NCBI GenBank assembly: GCA_021432655.1 | Contig: MU271379.1 | Span: 45,554-77,855, forward strand | DNA from: Atractiella rhizophila | Taxonomy: Eukaryota | Direction: 5' to 3' | Length of the DNA: 32,302 nt | Shown: positions 13,660-24,664 of the stretch, piece after piece | Position numbering within the stretch: position 1 is the stretch's first letter | Layout: every line of letters starts with the position of its first letter | The notes under the pieces: model-generated | Told to the model about the DNA's origin: nothing | The model's input: the letters and a program-made list of their open reading frames with translations, nothing else | Databases searched by the model: none | Made by a program: the position numbers and the translations under genes

Positions 13660-16619
13660 TATACAAGGTAATAATGAAGTATGACCTCTTTTTTCTAAAT
13701 GGTGAGGAACTACCATCAATACTTCAGCTCTCCACCGTTGAACAACTGACATATTCGCATGTCTCTCCCTCCTACCTTTCTCACTGCTGATGTGGCCTTC
13801 TTAGATTTCCAGTTGTTGCCCATCCTTCCCTTCAACTACACCGTGCGTTGGCTTGGTCAATGTTTGAGCATGTCTGCTGATTCGGCGATAGCTACTCAAC
13901 ACTTCGCTTCTCCCTCCCTGCGGCTCCCTTCCACTATCCCCCCGTACACAGTATCAAGATAGCCAGCCTACCTCTACTATCAGAAATGCAATAGGTCGTC
14001 GGTATGCGCGGTGTGCGCGGTGATTATGTAGGAGATGCTCTCTTAAGTAGATAGTATGTTAGTACGTGTCCCAATACCATGAAGATGGGAATGCTGGGAA
14101 TATGACGTTGGCAATGCGCAGAGGCAGGTGTAGTCAAGCAGGTACAACAGTTACCTTCCTCCTGCCTCGCCAACTTAATATCCAGAGAACCCTGGAGTTC
14201 ATCTGTTTCCTCGTGCGCACATCTGCTCTTACCACCATCCCCACTGACCTTGCATATTCAGTACTGTGCCGGTGCATCTTCCGTTTACCTCCTCGCTAAA
14301 GGCACGTTCTCCCACCTACCGTGTCGCCTCTTTACTCATCTCGTTCTAGTCTTGCTTTGACCAGCGCTTCCGGCATTGGCAATCATGCCATCCGCCTTTC
14401 CAAGACAAATGTCCGCCCTCTCACACTTTATTCGTCTAGCCTAACACCTTGCTCACAAGCCTCGCCCCTGTCAACAAGCTGCTAGGCACGAGAGCGAATA
14501 CTCTCAGAGAGTATTAGGGAGGTAGTGGAAGGTAAGTCCCCTCACTTTGGCTTTGGAAGCGGATGATGACGGCGGACTAGGTCAACCCAAAACGTCAGAC
14601 TTCGTGGACAGTTCTAGGTCTGCACAGATGCAAAGAAGTCGCTAGACTGGAGCAGAGTATGGCACGAGGAGGCTGCAGACAGGTACGCCAATTTACCTAT
14701 GCTACTGTAACTGACTGTTGCTGCAATTCTGCCGCATACCAACAACGGCTAGGGCAAGTACCCCCAACATTGCCTTTTCTCGCTCGTCAGCACCTCGGCC
14801 TGAGATTGGACCCAAGTAAGTGCTAATCTGTGCTGGTCCACTTTGGCTGACAAAGATGCCAAGCAGGTGCCTCTCGACATATCCCTTTCTGCCAGTTTTG
14901 TTTTCTCTCAGCTGTTATGGATCTCTTGGTACAATTCCTTCAATCTATGGATTCATTGGCACTAATCAACTGCTGAAAATGTATATCCAAAGCTTGAGTA
15001 ATATGAGACTAATTTGCATAGTAATATTTCGAAATGAGCCCTAGTAATGCTGACTAAAAATGCCTGAAAGTGGCCAAGCAATGCGATTCACAGGTTTCTG
15101 CTTTCTGAAAGTGACTAAAAGGTTAGCCAAAGCGTACAATTTTCGAAGTTCTGTGGGTCGGGAGAGGGCGGGCTGGTTCATAGGCTCGTTCGTCATGTTG
15201 GGTGTGTTGTGGATTGTTGTGGATGTGATTGGATTTATTGTGCTTATTGCTGGGAAGCTGAGAATCCTGGCATGACATGCAGGGCTTTGCTTCAGGAACC
15301 AAGGGACGCAGACGCAACAAGGACGTGAAGGTAAGAAGGAGTAGTATTGTATATTGCTAGCGAAGTAATTGATCACGTCTTCTGTCTTCTTCTTTCCGTG
15401 GTAACTGTAGCTTGACGAAATCAAACCCATACTTCAAGCAACTCATTACACAAAGTCAAAGTGGAACAGATCGAAGGAGTTTAAACTATGGAACCTCACA
15501 TACTACTCTACAACCACGGAGAGGAGGGGCGAATATGTGCGAAGAGATTAAGCAGTCGAATGTAGGATAACAAATGGAATGAAATGGGTAGTTTCGTTGA
15601 GGTATGTATCGGCGCCTGTTACATTGAGATGCGATGAATCTGAGGCTTGTGAGGTGAGATGAGTTGGTAGAGAGCCAATCGAAGAATAATGGGAGGCAGG
15701 GCGTTCTTTATGAAGCGATGGTGAGATGGTGAGATTACTGGATGGGCCCATTGCACGTCGCCGTGTGACGATTGAAGTTTTCAATGGTATAATACCTCTT
15801 CCCGCCTATCAAACCACCGAGTCAGCATTTCATTATCATTGCCTTTCTGAGAAAGGGGGGAAGGAGGGGAAGATGACGCACAGAAAGGACAATAATACTC
15901 ATTTTCTCGGGGCTTCGAGAGGTTAACTAAGAATTTCTTTCTGCAACGCGTGCGATCGCCCTCAGCAATGCAATGAAAAGCCACGAAAGAAAGGTAGTAG
16001 GGGACATGGGACACTCACGTAGCTCCCAATCCAAAAGACGCCATTACTGTTACTGTGGTCTGCTTGTTTGTTGCTAAATGCTGATCCTTGCTCCAGAGGA
16101 GACTGAGAGAACTCGAAACTCGAAGTGTCGCTGACTGACTTCTTCAGAACTGCAGGACTGCAGCCTTTTATACAAGCAACCCGGATCCGTGCCGAACCCG
16201 ACAGTTTGGATATTTCCGCCCCCGTTTGGATCGCTCCCATTTGGATCTCTCTTTTTTGTTAGACTTGCAGATAGTGCCGCGCTGGACAATGCGGTTGACG
16301 ACGGTTGGGCACAAAAGACGCATCGCTTAGGATCGCTGCCCGAAGTTTGCGTACAGAGATCGGGATCCGCTACATTTTTTTCCCTGGTGAGGTCTATCCC
16401 AAGAAAGCGTCAGAGGGGAGTGTCGCGATGTTTTTCATAAGGACTTCCGATCTGTCAGCTGCTCTTTTCTCTTCTGTCGATCCTTAATTCGTGCCATCAC
16501 ATCCTACCCCACAACAACGATGTCAGTTCACATTTGCAAAGAAGGCTGCCTCGATTCCTTATTGTGCTTGATACTGTGGAAAAGAAAGTAGGCTCGCCTC
16601 CAACTGGATCCCGATGCTG

Positions 16620-17070
16620 GACGTTTGTGGAGGGGTCTGCGGCTTGATTCCAATGTTAGTGCTGGTGACATGGCAGAGAAGTCGTATTTCAACCCAAATT
16701 TCGTAGCTATGAACGCTTTCTCTCTCCATCCCGGTTCGCCGAACAGTTTTCCGAGAAGCGCCTCGCTGTCACCGTAGACAGCTGCTGTGTCGATGTGCGA
16801 AGTTCCAGATTCGAGGACCTTGAAGGTCACAGCGGACGATGAGAGTGGTTTTTGGAGTAGATGAGACGAGACAGCACACTTTCTTCAGGAGAGCAATGCG
16901 TTCATCGTCTGCTGGGACCGCGCCGTAACCAGCAGAGAGACCCATAGCTCAAAATCCAAGAGCAGGCACTGTTGATAGTGAGCCCAGGTAAGAGCCTGAG
17001 GGGGAAGAAAGGTGGACGAACCGGTTGGTCCATTCTTTCCCAGTTTCCTTAAGGGGTTCGTGGCTGTCAT
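16620..17070 (-). pseudogene. Aldo-keto reductase (YakC/AKR13-like) 5' fragment
   Basis: MTATNPLRKLGKNGPT|VPALGF*AMGLSAGYG...ERIALLK|VLESGTSHIDTAAVYGDSEALLGK...AFIATKFG contains the catalytic Asp, Tyr and Lys motifs. TGA replaces the conserved Gly at 16949-16951. Similarity is lost before the catalytic His, so the gene is truncated. Confidence 0.85.
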
Positions 17071-17531
17071 TTCTGCTGATGAATACTTTCTTGCTATGTT
17101 GGAGGCAAAACGAAATCAAGTTTTTTGAGAGCCTCGCTTCTGAAGAACATAGAAAGAAGAGTTTGACTTTTATGGACCTATCATCCACCGACACACCGAA
17201 AGTGACCGCCTTTCGGAATTCAAAAGAGGAGAACCAGCGTACGTGAACAGGTGTCAATCACTGCTGACGTTTCCTTCAACAGTCAACAGCAAGCCTCCGG
17301 ATTTCAATTTGAAAGAACATCCAGTTAGAGTGGAGCAATTCTTCCCGTCTCCTTCCTCCACAAGCTTTGGACCTCAGCAAGTCTCACATGGGTCACTTTA
17401 GAGCTCTGTTGTGCACACTAGAACCCATCGGCGACAGAGAGGTAAGAGAACGAAATGAGAAGAAAGAACGACAGTGGATCGTTCTTCCTGCTTCCTTCAA
17501 GTTCCTGCCCCGGGGAGACAGGTCTGCTTAC

Positions 17532-18057
17532 ATCCTGGGGAGCACATTAGAACATAGGAATTTTCCTGAAAGACATGTCAATGTTGAGTGTTGACATGTT
17601 GACACATGACCAAAAGCACCAGCTTGCGCCACTTTGCGACGCGGAAGGTGGCCGGCATTACGTCCCCGGATTCCACCTCTCCAAAACGGGATAGGTGCAG
17701 CTCAGACGCACACCTGATGTCATCGTACGACAGTCTTGACTCAAAACCCCCGTTCGAAAACCGTCATCCTCCGTCACGTTGACGGAAATGCATTGAGGTG
17801 GGTTGTATTAGTCGTTTGTCGCTCGTTGCCAACTTCATGCCAGCCACTTGGCGAATTTACGTCATCGTCCGCAGATCACGTGCCCATAGCAATTGATTTC
17901 TGTTTCGAAAGACAGCGTAATAGGCAGAAGCGAGAACGCGGATCCTGGGGTGCACTTTAGAACATAGGAATTTGCCTGCAGGACACGTCAAAAGGTTGAG
18001 TGTTGACACATGACCAAGAGCGCCAGCCTGTGCCACTTTGCGACGCTGAAGGTGGCC
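17532..18057 (+). repeat. Imperfect ~115-120 bp direct repeat pair (17532-17653 and 17942-18057)
   Basis: Both copies read ATCCTGGGG.GCAC.TTAGAACATAGGAATTT...GTTGACACATGACCAA...GCCACTTTGCGACGC.GAAGGTGGCC. Confidence 0.9.
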
Positions 18058-18339
18058 AGAGTGAAGTTGACGAGCGACAAAACATACGAGGTGGCCGCTC
18101 AGCTTGTATTGCAAATGACTGTACCGAAATGGAGGTGCACGTCGAAATATCTCCACTCCACCACAGGCATAATTTCAGCGAACAGTCACATATCTCTGTG
18201 CTGATCAACATAAGGTTCATCTGATTGTGACGACATAGTGACATCCAGTAGGTGGAAAACAGAAAAAGCGAACCGACGTTACTCCAATGCGTCGCTTATA
18301 AACTCTCAAGCCTCTTCTGCCCAGCAGATCTTTTTGCCA

Positions 18340-19160
18340 TCAGGGAGGAATGCAGCCATCACATGGCAAGATGGAGTTCTCTGCTGACGAATGGTCACCA
18401 GAAGAACTTGCCAATGCTTTGGTTAACTTCCGCACTCTTCAAGTTACCAATGGTTTACCACCCGAGGTATTTCAAACCCAAACAGTTCCCAATGCCCAGA
18501 CTAGTTCATACGGTTAGCCTGCCATTGTAGCCATCGCTACTGTTGGTTTTAATGTATTAAGGGAGAATGTTGATCTTGGTCTGTTAGATGCTGTTTCTAA
18601 TCCTACATCCGAAGTCGATTGGGATTTCATTAATACGCTTGCTCCTGACCTTTTTAATGAAGGTGTAATGGGACGGGCAGAAGCTACGAGACAGGTGGGC
18701 ATGTTAGCTTCTTCCTACGTCCAAATAGGAGAAAGACATACATCGGCGAAAAATGTAGAAACTTTGACTGCCTCATTCAATAGGTGCGTTTTCAAGGAAG
18801 AATCGTCAACAACTTACTGAGATCTGTTCCCGTGCTCCTCGATTGTAGCACATCAGCTACACCTGCCCCCCTCGACTGTAACCCAAGACGACGATCTAAT
18901 TCGATCAGTAGTAGTTGAATGATTGATGGGAAAATCTATACTTTTGCGCAGGGCAACTGGCCTTTACAGTCGCCAATTGCGCTCTCAGCAATGCGACTCC
19001 ATGACCTGCGCAGAATGTCAACTCTCGAAGAAAGACTCCATGAGCAGACTTGAACACGTACCGTCTCGCACACTTCATATGAATCCAATAAGCCACAGAC
19101 CAAAGCAGCAATGTTATCTCCCATATGTGAATCAAGAACCCTGTTCCTACATTAAATGGC
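18340..19160 (+). pseudogene. Unidentified degenerate multi-exon coding remnant
   Basis: Protein-like frame MEFSADEWSPEELANALVNF...SSYG*PAIVAIA...VDWDFINTLAPDLFNEG, broken by TAG at 18515-18517 and followed by intron-like GT..AG segments. No family recognised. Confidence 0.35.
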
Positions 19161-19859
19161 ACTAATGGTCGGCTCAAGAAGGCTTGCTGGGTGGGTGGGA
19201 CGTTTGTCGAGAAAGGGATGCATGGTATTGCGGTTGAATGGTGTCCAAAGCTACCGTGGTAAGTAATACTTTGTTGGGTGTAAAGTCCAAAATTGACCGT
19301 TCCACGGAATATAGGCTTGAATTCGTGTCTGAAGAACTAGAACTCGTCGGGGACTCTTTCAATCTGTATTCGCCCTATTTCTTCGCACCATCTCAGCTAC
19401 ACCTCCAAAGTAAAAACCTCCTTTTCGAGTCTAGGCAGGTTATGCCACCCCATGGGACCCTGGGTTCATGTAGATACCTGGTCCGCCTGCCCTATTTATC
19501 CCTCTTCAGGAACGGAAACGGAAGCAGGACTCATCGTGTGGCCCAGGTGTGCAGATGCTGGTGCCAGATATTGTGGTACAAGGATTTAAACAGATGGTTG
19601 GATGTGAAGGAAGATGGAATGTTGGGTTTCAATTTTGATGGATTGGAAGGAAGGGAGGAGGGGATGGATTTCGGACGGCTTTGAAGGCAAGTTAGGGCTG
19701 ACAGTGGGGTGGGAAACTGTTTGACATCGAGAAACTGCACATTAAGTTACTGTAAGACACACTTTTCAGTGTATTCAAACTGTGATATTTACTCTGGTGT
19801 GTAGAGGCTTCGATCACGAGATGCACAGCTACCTTTTTCGCCAAAATTCATGGATATCG

Positions 19860-20735
19860 CTATTGCAAGTGGACAGTTATTCCTATTTCAGTAAGATGCT
19901 TCCGCAGAGACTCGAGCCCTAGGTGGGGAGTATTCTCGCAGATGATCGTCTCTAACGTTGGAAACTTTTCTCTGGTAATATTATTTTTCATGGTTTCTAC
20001 CACGTCGTCAGTCCACTTCGAATGCCATAAAGCGAACTCTCTGAGCATGGGACTGTGCCACTCCCCAAAGAATTTGTCTTTGAAAAATTCCTGGTCCTTG
20101 CTTTGGTTGGTGTTTAAGCTCGTATAGGCAAAATCGCCTATTTGCAATGAAGTCTGTGACAGACAATCAGGCAAATGTGAAAACCAACCAATTTCTTCGA
20201 AACTGCTAGATCCTGTTTGAGATGCGAGGAGCTAGAGCAACGAGGCACGTTGTCGACCAAAGAAGTTCTGAAGAGCAAGAAGATCGTCTTGCTTCCAGTC
20301 CAGGCATTATGAAAGGGATCTGTAAGCCTAAGAGTTGCGAGACTACCAACCGGAGAGTGAGGCAACAAGCCGTCCAAAATGACACTAGGAGCGGTCACGC
20401 TTAGGTCAAGGCATTCCAACTGATTTCCAAAACGCCGTACATTTGTCGCAACTTTATTCTGAATCGTGCCCACACGGGGACGGTAGAAATTGCATCCGAC
20501 GAAATAAAGCTCTTTGATGAGAGGGTGGTGTTGCACAAAATCGGCCAAACCACCAAATCTCCACCTGATCCCTACAGCATGGAAAGAAGTGAGTTTGGGA
20601 AATCCGATGTGCAAGCTTTGATCAAAGTTTGCCTAAATTTCTTTAATGATCAACACTTCTACATCAAGAGCGCTTGCGAGTCCGAAAAATATCGCAGCTG
20701 CCTCCAGGTTTGGGACTGGACTGTTGGACGCGGCG
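19860..20735 (-). pseudogene. 3' part of an F-box/LRR (RNI-like) type protein gene, likely disrupted by Helitron 1
   Basis: LRR-like strands FPKLTSFHAVG, IKELYFVGC, LECLDLS, LATLRL, LREFALW and FPTLETIIC, ending ...LRKHLTEIGITVHLQ*. There is an in-frame TAG at 20633-20635, and no start is visible before the Helitron. Confidence 0.5.
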
Positions 20736-20977
20736 GTGGCCTTATGCAATAACATACACATATACCCCCCTCACAAGGATTTTTTCCCTTCACGCTTCCC
20801 AATGTGATAGGAAGAATCCTAGTCTCAACACTTTCATCGATGAGGTTTTTGTCGGTATGTCAGTCTTTGGTGTTGGATTTTCAAACAGAGGCATATCCTT
20901 ATCCTTCCTTATATATAAAGCACGACGGGTTTTGACCATGACTCACACATGTACTTTTGAGCCCTTATATCACCGCC

Positions 20978-21246
20978 CACAACAGTCCTTTCAAAATTCT
21001 GAGCATACAGCAAGAATACGCGTGTCGGCGCCCTTCGAACCGTATACAGCAAAGCCCATTTGAAAGACGAAAAAAATTGTTTTCCCCAAATGACTCATGT
21101 GACTTCTTGGTCCACAACAACCCCCTTAAAATTCTGAGCATACCACCAGAATACGCGTGTCAGCGCCTTTCCAACTGTATACAATAAAGCTTATTTAAAG
21201 GACAAAAAATAGTTGTCTTCCATGACTGAGTCAAGTGACCGACTTC
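20978..21246 (+). repeat. Two-copy ~135 bp tandem duplication in the Helitron 1 5' region
   Basis: CACAACA...AAAATTCTGAGCATAC...AGAATACGCGTGTC.GCGCC...GTATACA begins at both 20978 and 21113. Confidence 0.9.
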
Positions 21247-21303
21247 GGCACTTTGACAAAAATTTCCTTAGCTACTCAAATAAGGCAGCAAGGCACAGAG
21301 TTT

Positions 21304-21393
21304 GCGCGATGGTGTAGTCGGTGTATGGTTGGGTAGTTGAGTCTTGGCTGATTGATGTTGGTGTGGGTTCGATTCTCAGTCATGTCACATTTT
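21304..21393 (+). other. Degenerate tRNA-like / Pol III type-2 promoter cassette inside Helitron 1
   Basis: A-box-like TGGTGTAGTCGG (21310-21321); T-arm/B-box TGGG-TTCGATT-CTCA (21364-21378); decayed acceptor stem GCGCGA/TCATGT; T4 run at 21390-21393. No recognisable anticodon arm. Confidence 0.55.
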
Positions 21394-21700
21394 GCATCCT
21401 ATTGTATGCAAACTGCGTGCCTGCAATTTCTAAATTCTTCAGAGCTTTCTGAGACTTCTCATGTCGTGCACCAAAAACTGTTGTTTGCCAACTATGAGGG
21501 AAAGTGAGCAAGCATTCATGCAAGTGAAACAGTTTCTTTCACCACAATTGACCACAAATATGCTTCCTAACAGTCTACCATAGTATCCCTCAGCCTGTTA
21601 GCATCAAATCAAATCAAGCAAAAAAAGCATAGGTGTGTGGACTCTGGCTTATATATTCTTCACTCATATCATTTTGTTATGTGCAGCAAGCTACACTCTC

Positions 21701-24387
21701 ATGCCACGTGCAATTCAGAGAAATCAAACAAGAAATCGAGAGTGCCGATCCAAACGGCATCAATCTCTGCAGCAGGAGGCACCACTACACCAAGGTCGAC
21801 CTGTAAGAGAGAGGCAATGCCCTGCACGTTTTAATCCTACTCCACCTACTCCACCTCAACATGAGACAAGATCAACTAGGGCTCCACGTCAGTGTCAGCG
21901 GCACCGTCGAAGCTCTTCACTGTCTATGTCATCACGACCAGCTCGACAACATTGGAGACAGCATTCACCCTCCGCTGAGGAGTACAGTGAAGAAGAAACC
22001 CGATCATACCCATCCTCTCCTGATCCTGATGGTGTGGACAGTGATGAGGATAGGGCATTAATCCCGTTGTTGCGAGGCGAAATAAGGCAACATCACTATC
22101 CTGCATTCAACTACTCACCTGATATGGATCTTGAGGTACACCACCTCTCTACTTGGGGATTACTTTGTACACATTGCAAAGCCTTTCATTGGATGGGAGA
22201 GAAGATCGTTAACAGCCCACAACGAAATCCAAAGTTTGCATTGTGCTGTCTCCACAGCAAGGTGCTGCTACCTGTTCCTCCGCCTCCACCTGAAGAGCTA
22301 CGAAAGCTTTTTACACATGACAATACAACAGGTAAGTATTTCTATTCAATTTTTTTTTGCATATACATATCTGAGAGAAACAATCATTATAGAGTCAATG
22401 GCATTTCGAGAGCATATCAGGATATTCAATAATGCTTTTGCATTTACATCCTTAGGCGTCCGCCAGGTATCAATTCCTGGACATGGTTCCTACTCCATCA
22501 AAATTCAGTGAGAGCTGTACCACCTTATTGGCACTCTTTTACCACAACAAGAAGAGTGTGAAACATTTGCACAGGTCTACATTACAGATTCAGCCGTACA
22601 GACTGAACGAAGAGTTGGCAACACCTCAATATCACTGAATCGGAGGATGCTTGAAGACCTTCAGGCTATGCTCTTCCGTGTCAACCCATATCCCAGGATC
22701 TACAAATTTGCAAAAGAAAGAATGGAACCAGGATCCCACTACAACACTACATCTTCGTACAGTCGCCCCACGAGATAGGGACCCAAGACGCTACAACACT
22801 CCTGTAGCCAGTGAAGTTGCTGTAGTGAGGTAGGAGACGGTAACAGAGAAGAATATGGAATGGCCAGAGATAATGTCATCCAGCTCAGGGCAACCAGGAC
22901 CGGTAGCAACTTACAGCGTGTGAATGAGCTCAACTCAAATTATCTTCCACTTCGTTTTCCTCTTCTGTTTCCATATGGGGACCAAGGATGGCATCCACAG
23001 ATTCCGTATCGAGACCTGCCTGCAGATCTTCCTCCTCGCGAGCGAGAGCACTTCAATGATGACGGCATGCAAGTTGATAATTCTGGGGTTCGACCGTGTC
23101 AGCCAGATGGAGTTCTATTCTTACATGTTGCATCAACGAAATGATATATTCTCACTCCCTCTCTACGGTGGTCAGCTACTGCAAGAATTGGTAGTCGATG
23201 CTTATGCTCAAATTGAGGCGAATCGACTCCGCTATCTGCGGTTCAATCAGTCTACTCTTCGAGCTGAGGTTTATCAAGATCTTACAGATGCCCTTACAGA
23301 AGGCTATTCTTTAGAAGATATCGGGAGGCGGACTATATTACCATCAAGTTTCACTGGTGGTCCACGTTCAATGAATCAGCTGTTCCAGGATGCAATGACT
23401 ATAGTTGGTGCCAATGGACCCCCAAATATCTTTACAACCTTCACTTGCAACCCACACTGGGCAGAGATCACGGAAGCCGTCACAAAAACCAGAGGATCGA
23501 CCAGATTTGGTTTCAAGGGTTTTTCAACTGAGGGCTCTGGAGTACATCAAGGATTTAGTGGTACGACAGATCTTTGGAAGGGTTATCAGATATGTCTGGG
23601 TCATTAAATGTCAGCAGATAGGTCTACCACATGCCCATATCATGTGGATGGCATCGACGATCACTTGATTCAGTGGTTCGAATCCATAGGAGATCGGGTA
23701 TGTTATAGTACAGATCAAATTATAGATGACGAGGGAGATCTCAGAAGAATTTTTTATATAAATTATATAAATAAATATAATGTTATTTAATAACAATAAT
23801 TTATATTAATATGTAAAAATATACAAGAATATAACTTTAATATAGAATTTTATTGATATTTAATAATTATTTAAATCGCTTCTCTGTCGAGTACCTGAAT
23901 ACCCTGGAGATCTCTGTATTCCCTCCACATTGTTTACACCTCAAGACCGGTGCACCCATCATTCTTCTGAGAAATCTCAATCCATCTGCTGGCCTGTGCA
24001 ACAGCATGCGGCTCATTGTCACTCAGCTTCTCTGACGAGTCATCGAAGGAACCATCATTACAGGTACACACAGTGGCGAATCAGTTCTCATTCCTCGAAT
24101 TGGCATTGACAGTGCAGTATCAAACCAGCTTCCTTTTCAAATTCCGGCATTTTCAATTCCCTGTGCGCTTAGCGTTTGCCTTAACTCTGAATAAAGTGCA
24201 AGGACAATCTGTTGGACATGTGGGTTTGTACTTAGAGTCTTCTCCTTTCTCTCATGGGCAGCTTTATGTTGGTCTTTCACGGGTTTCAAACGCAAACAAT
24301 TTACGAGTATTGGTCAAAACAAAGCAAGGAGAAGAAAACAAGCAAACAGATAATGTAGTTTACAATGAAGTGTTACTCAATCACTGA
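21701..24387 (+). pseudogene. Helitron Rep/PIF1-like helicase pseudogene
   Basis: Zinc-finger-like CTHCKAFHW..E..FALCC; YLPLRFPLLFPYGDQGW; ILPSSFTGGPRSM; Rep motif 1 FTTFTCNPHWAEI; Rep motif 2 GLPHAHI; helicase C-terminus LLRNLNPSAGLCN and FPVRLAFALTLNKVQGQS...FSHGQLYVGLSRV. Carries stops, frameshifts, one intron (22332-22392) and a large deletion near 23652. Confidence 0.95.
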
Positions 24388-24531
24388 TCATCTCTCAGCA
24401 TGTTCCTAACAGTATAGTCAAAAGCTGAAGTGGTTCTCCAAGGTACGAGGAGACCACTCAGCTTTCATTGTTTTTTGAAGACAGTAGAGTACATATGGTG
24501 AGTCTGTGCTCGCCGAAGGCGAGGCCCCACG

Positions 24532-24664
24532 CAGTGGCTGCCAGAGGCAAGAGCTCCACACAGTGGCTGCCAGAGGCAAGAGCTCCACACAGTGGCTGCC
24601 AGAGGCAAGAGCTCCACACAGTGGCTGCCAGAGGCAAGAGCTCCACACAGTGGCCGCCGGAGGC
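24532..24664 (+). repeat. 29-bp minisatellite, 4 perfect copies plus a partial copy
   Basis: CAGTGGCTGCCAGAGGCAAGAGCTCCACA starts at 24532, 24561, 24590 and 24619, with a diverged partial copy at 24648. There are no spacers. Confidence 0.97.

Noticed and set aside
14497..14515. AATACTCTC-A-GAGAGTATT inverted repeat
   Set aside because: It is short and isolated, with no associated element boundary.
14780..15430. 129-aa ORF and adjacent coding-like sequence
   Set aside because: No recognisable family and no consistent exon model.
20755..20901. Alternative Helitron 1 5' end at 20755
   Set aside because: It also gives an A|T junction with an open frame, but it starts TA. Position 20902 has the canonical TC and the same motif spacing as Helitron 2.
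23672..23686. GTGGTTCGAATCCAT resembling a tRNA T-arm
   Set aside because: It has no upstream A box or cloverleaf and lies in the helicase-like reading frame (QWFESI).
24532..24664. CRISPR-like array (29-bp repeats)
   Set aside because: The units are head-to-tail with no spacers, there are no cas genes, and the context is a eukaryotic Helitron.
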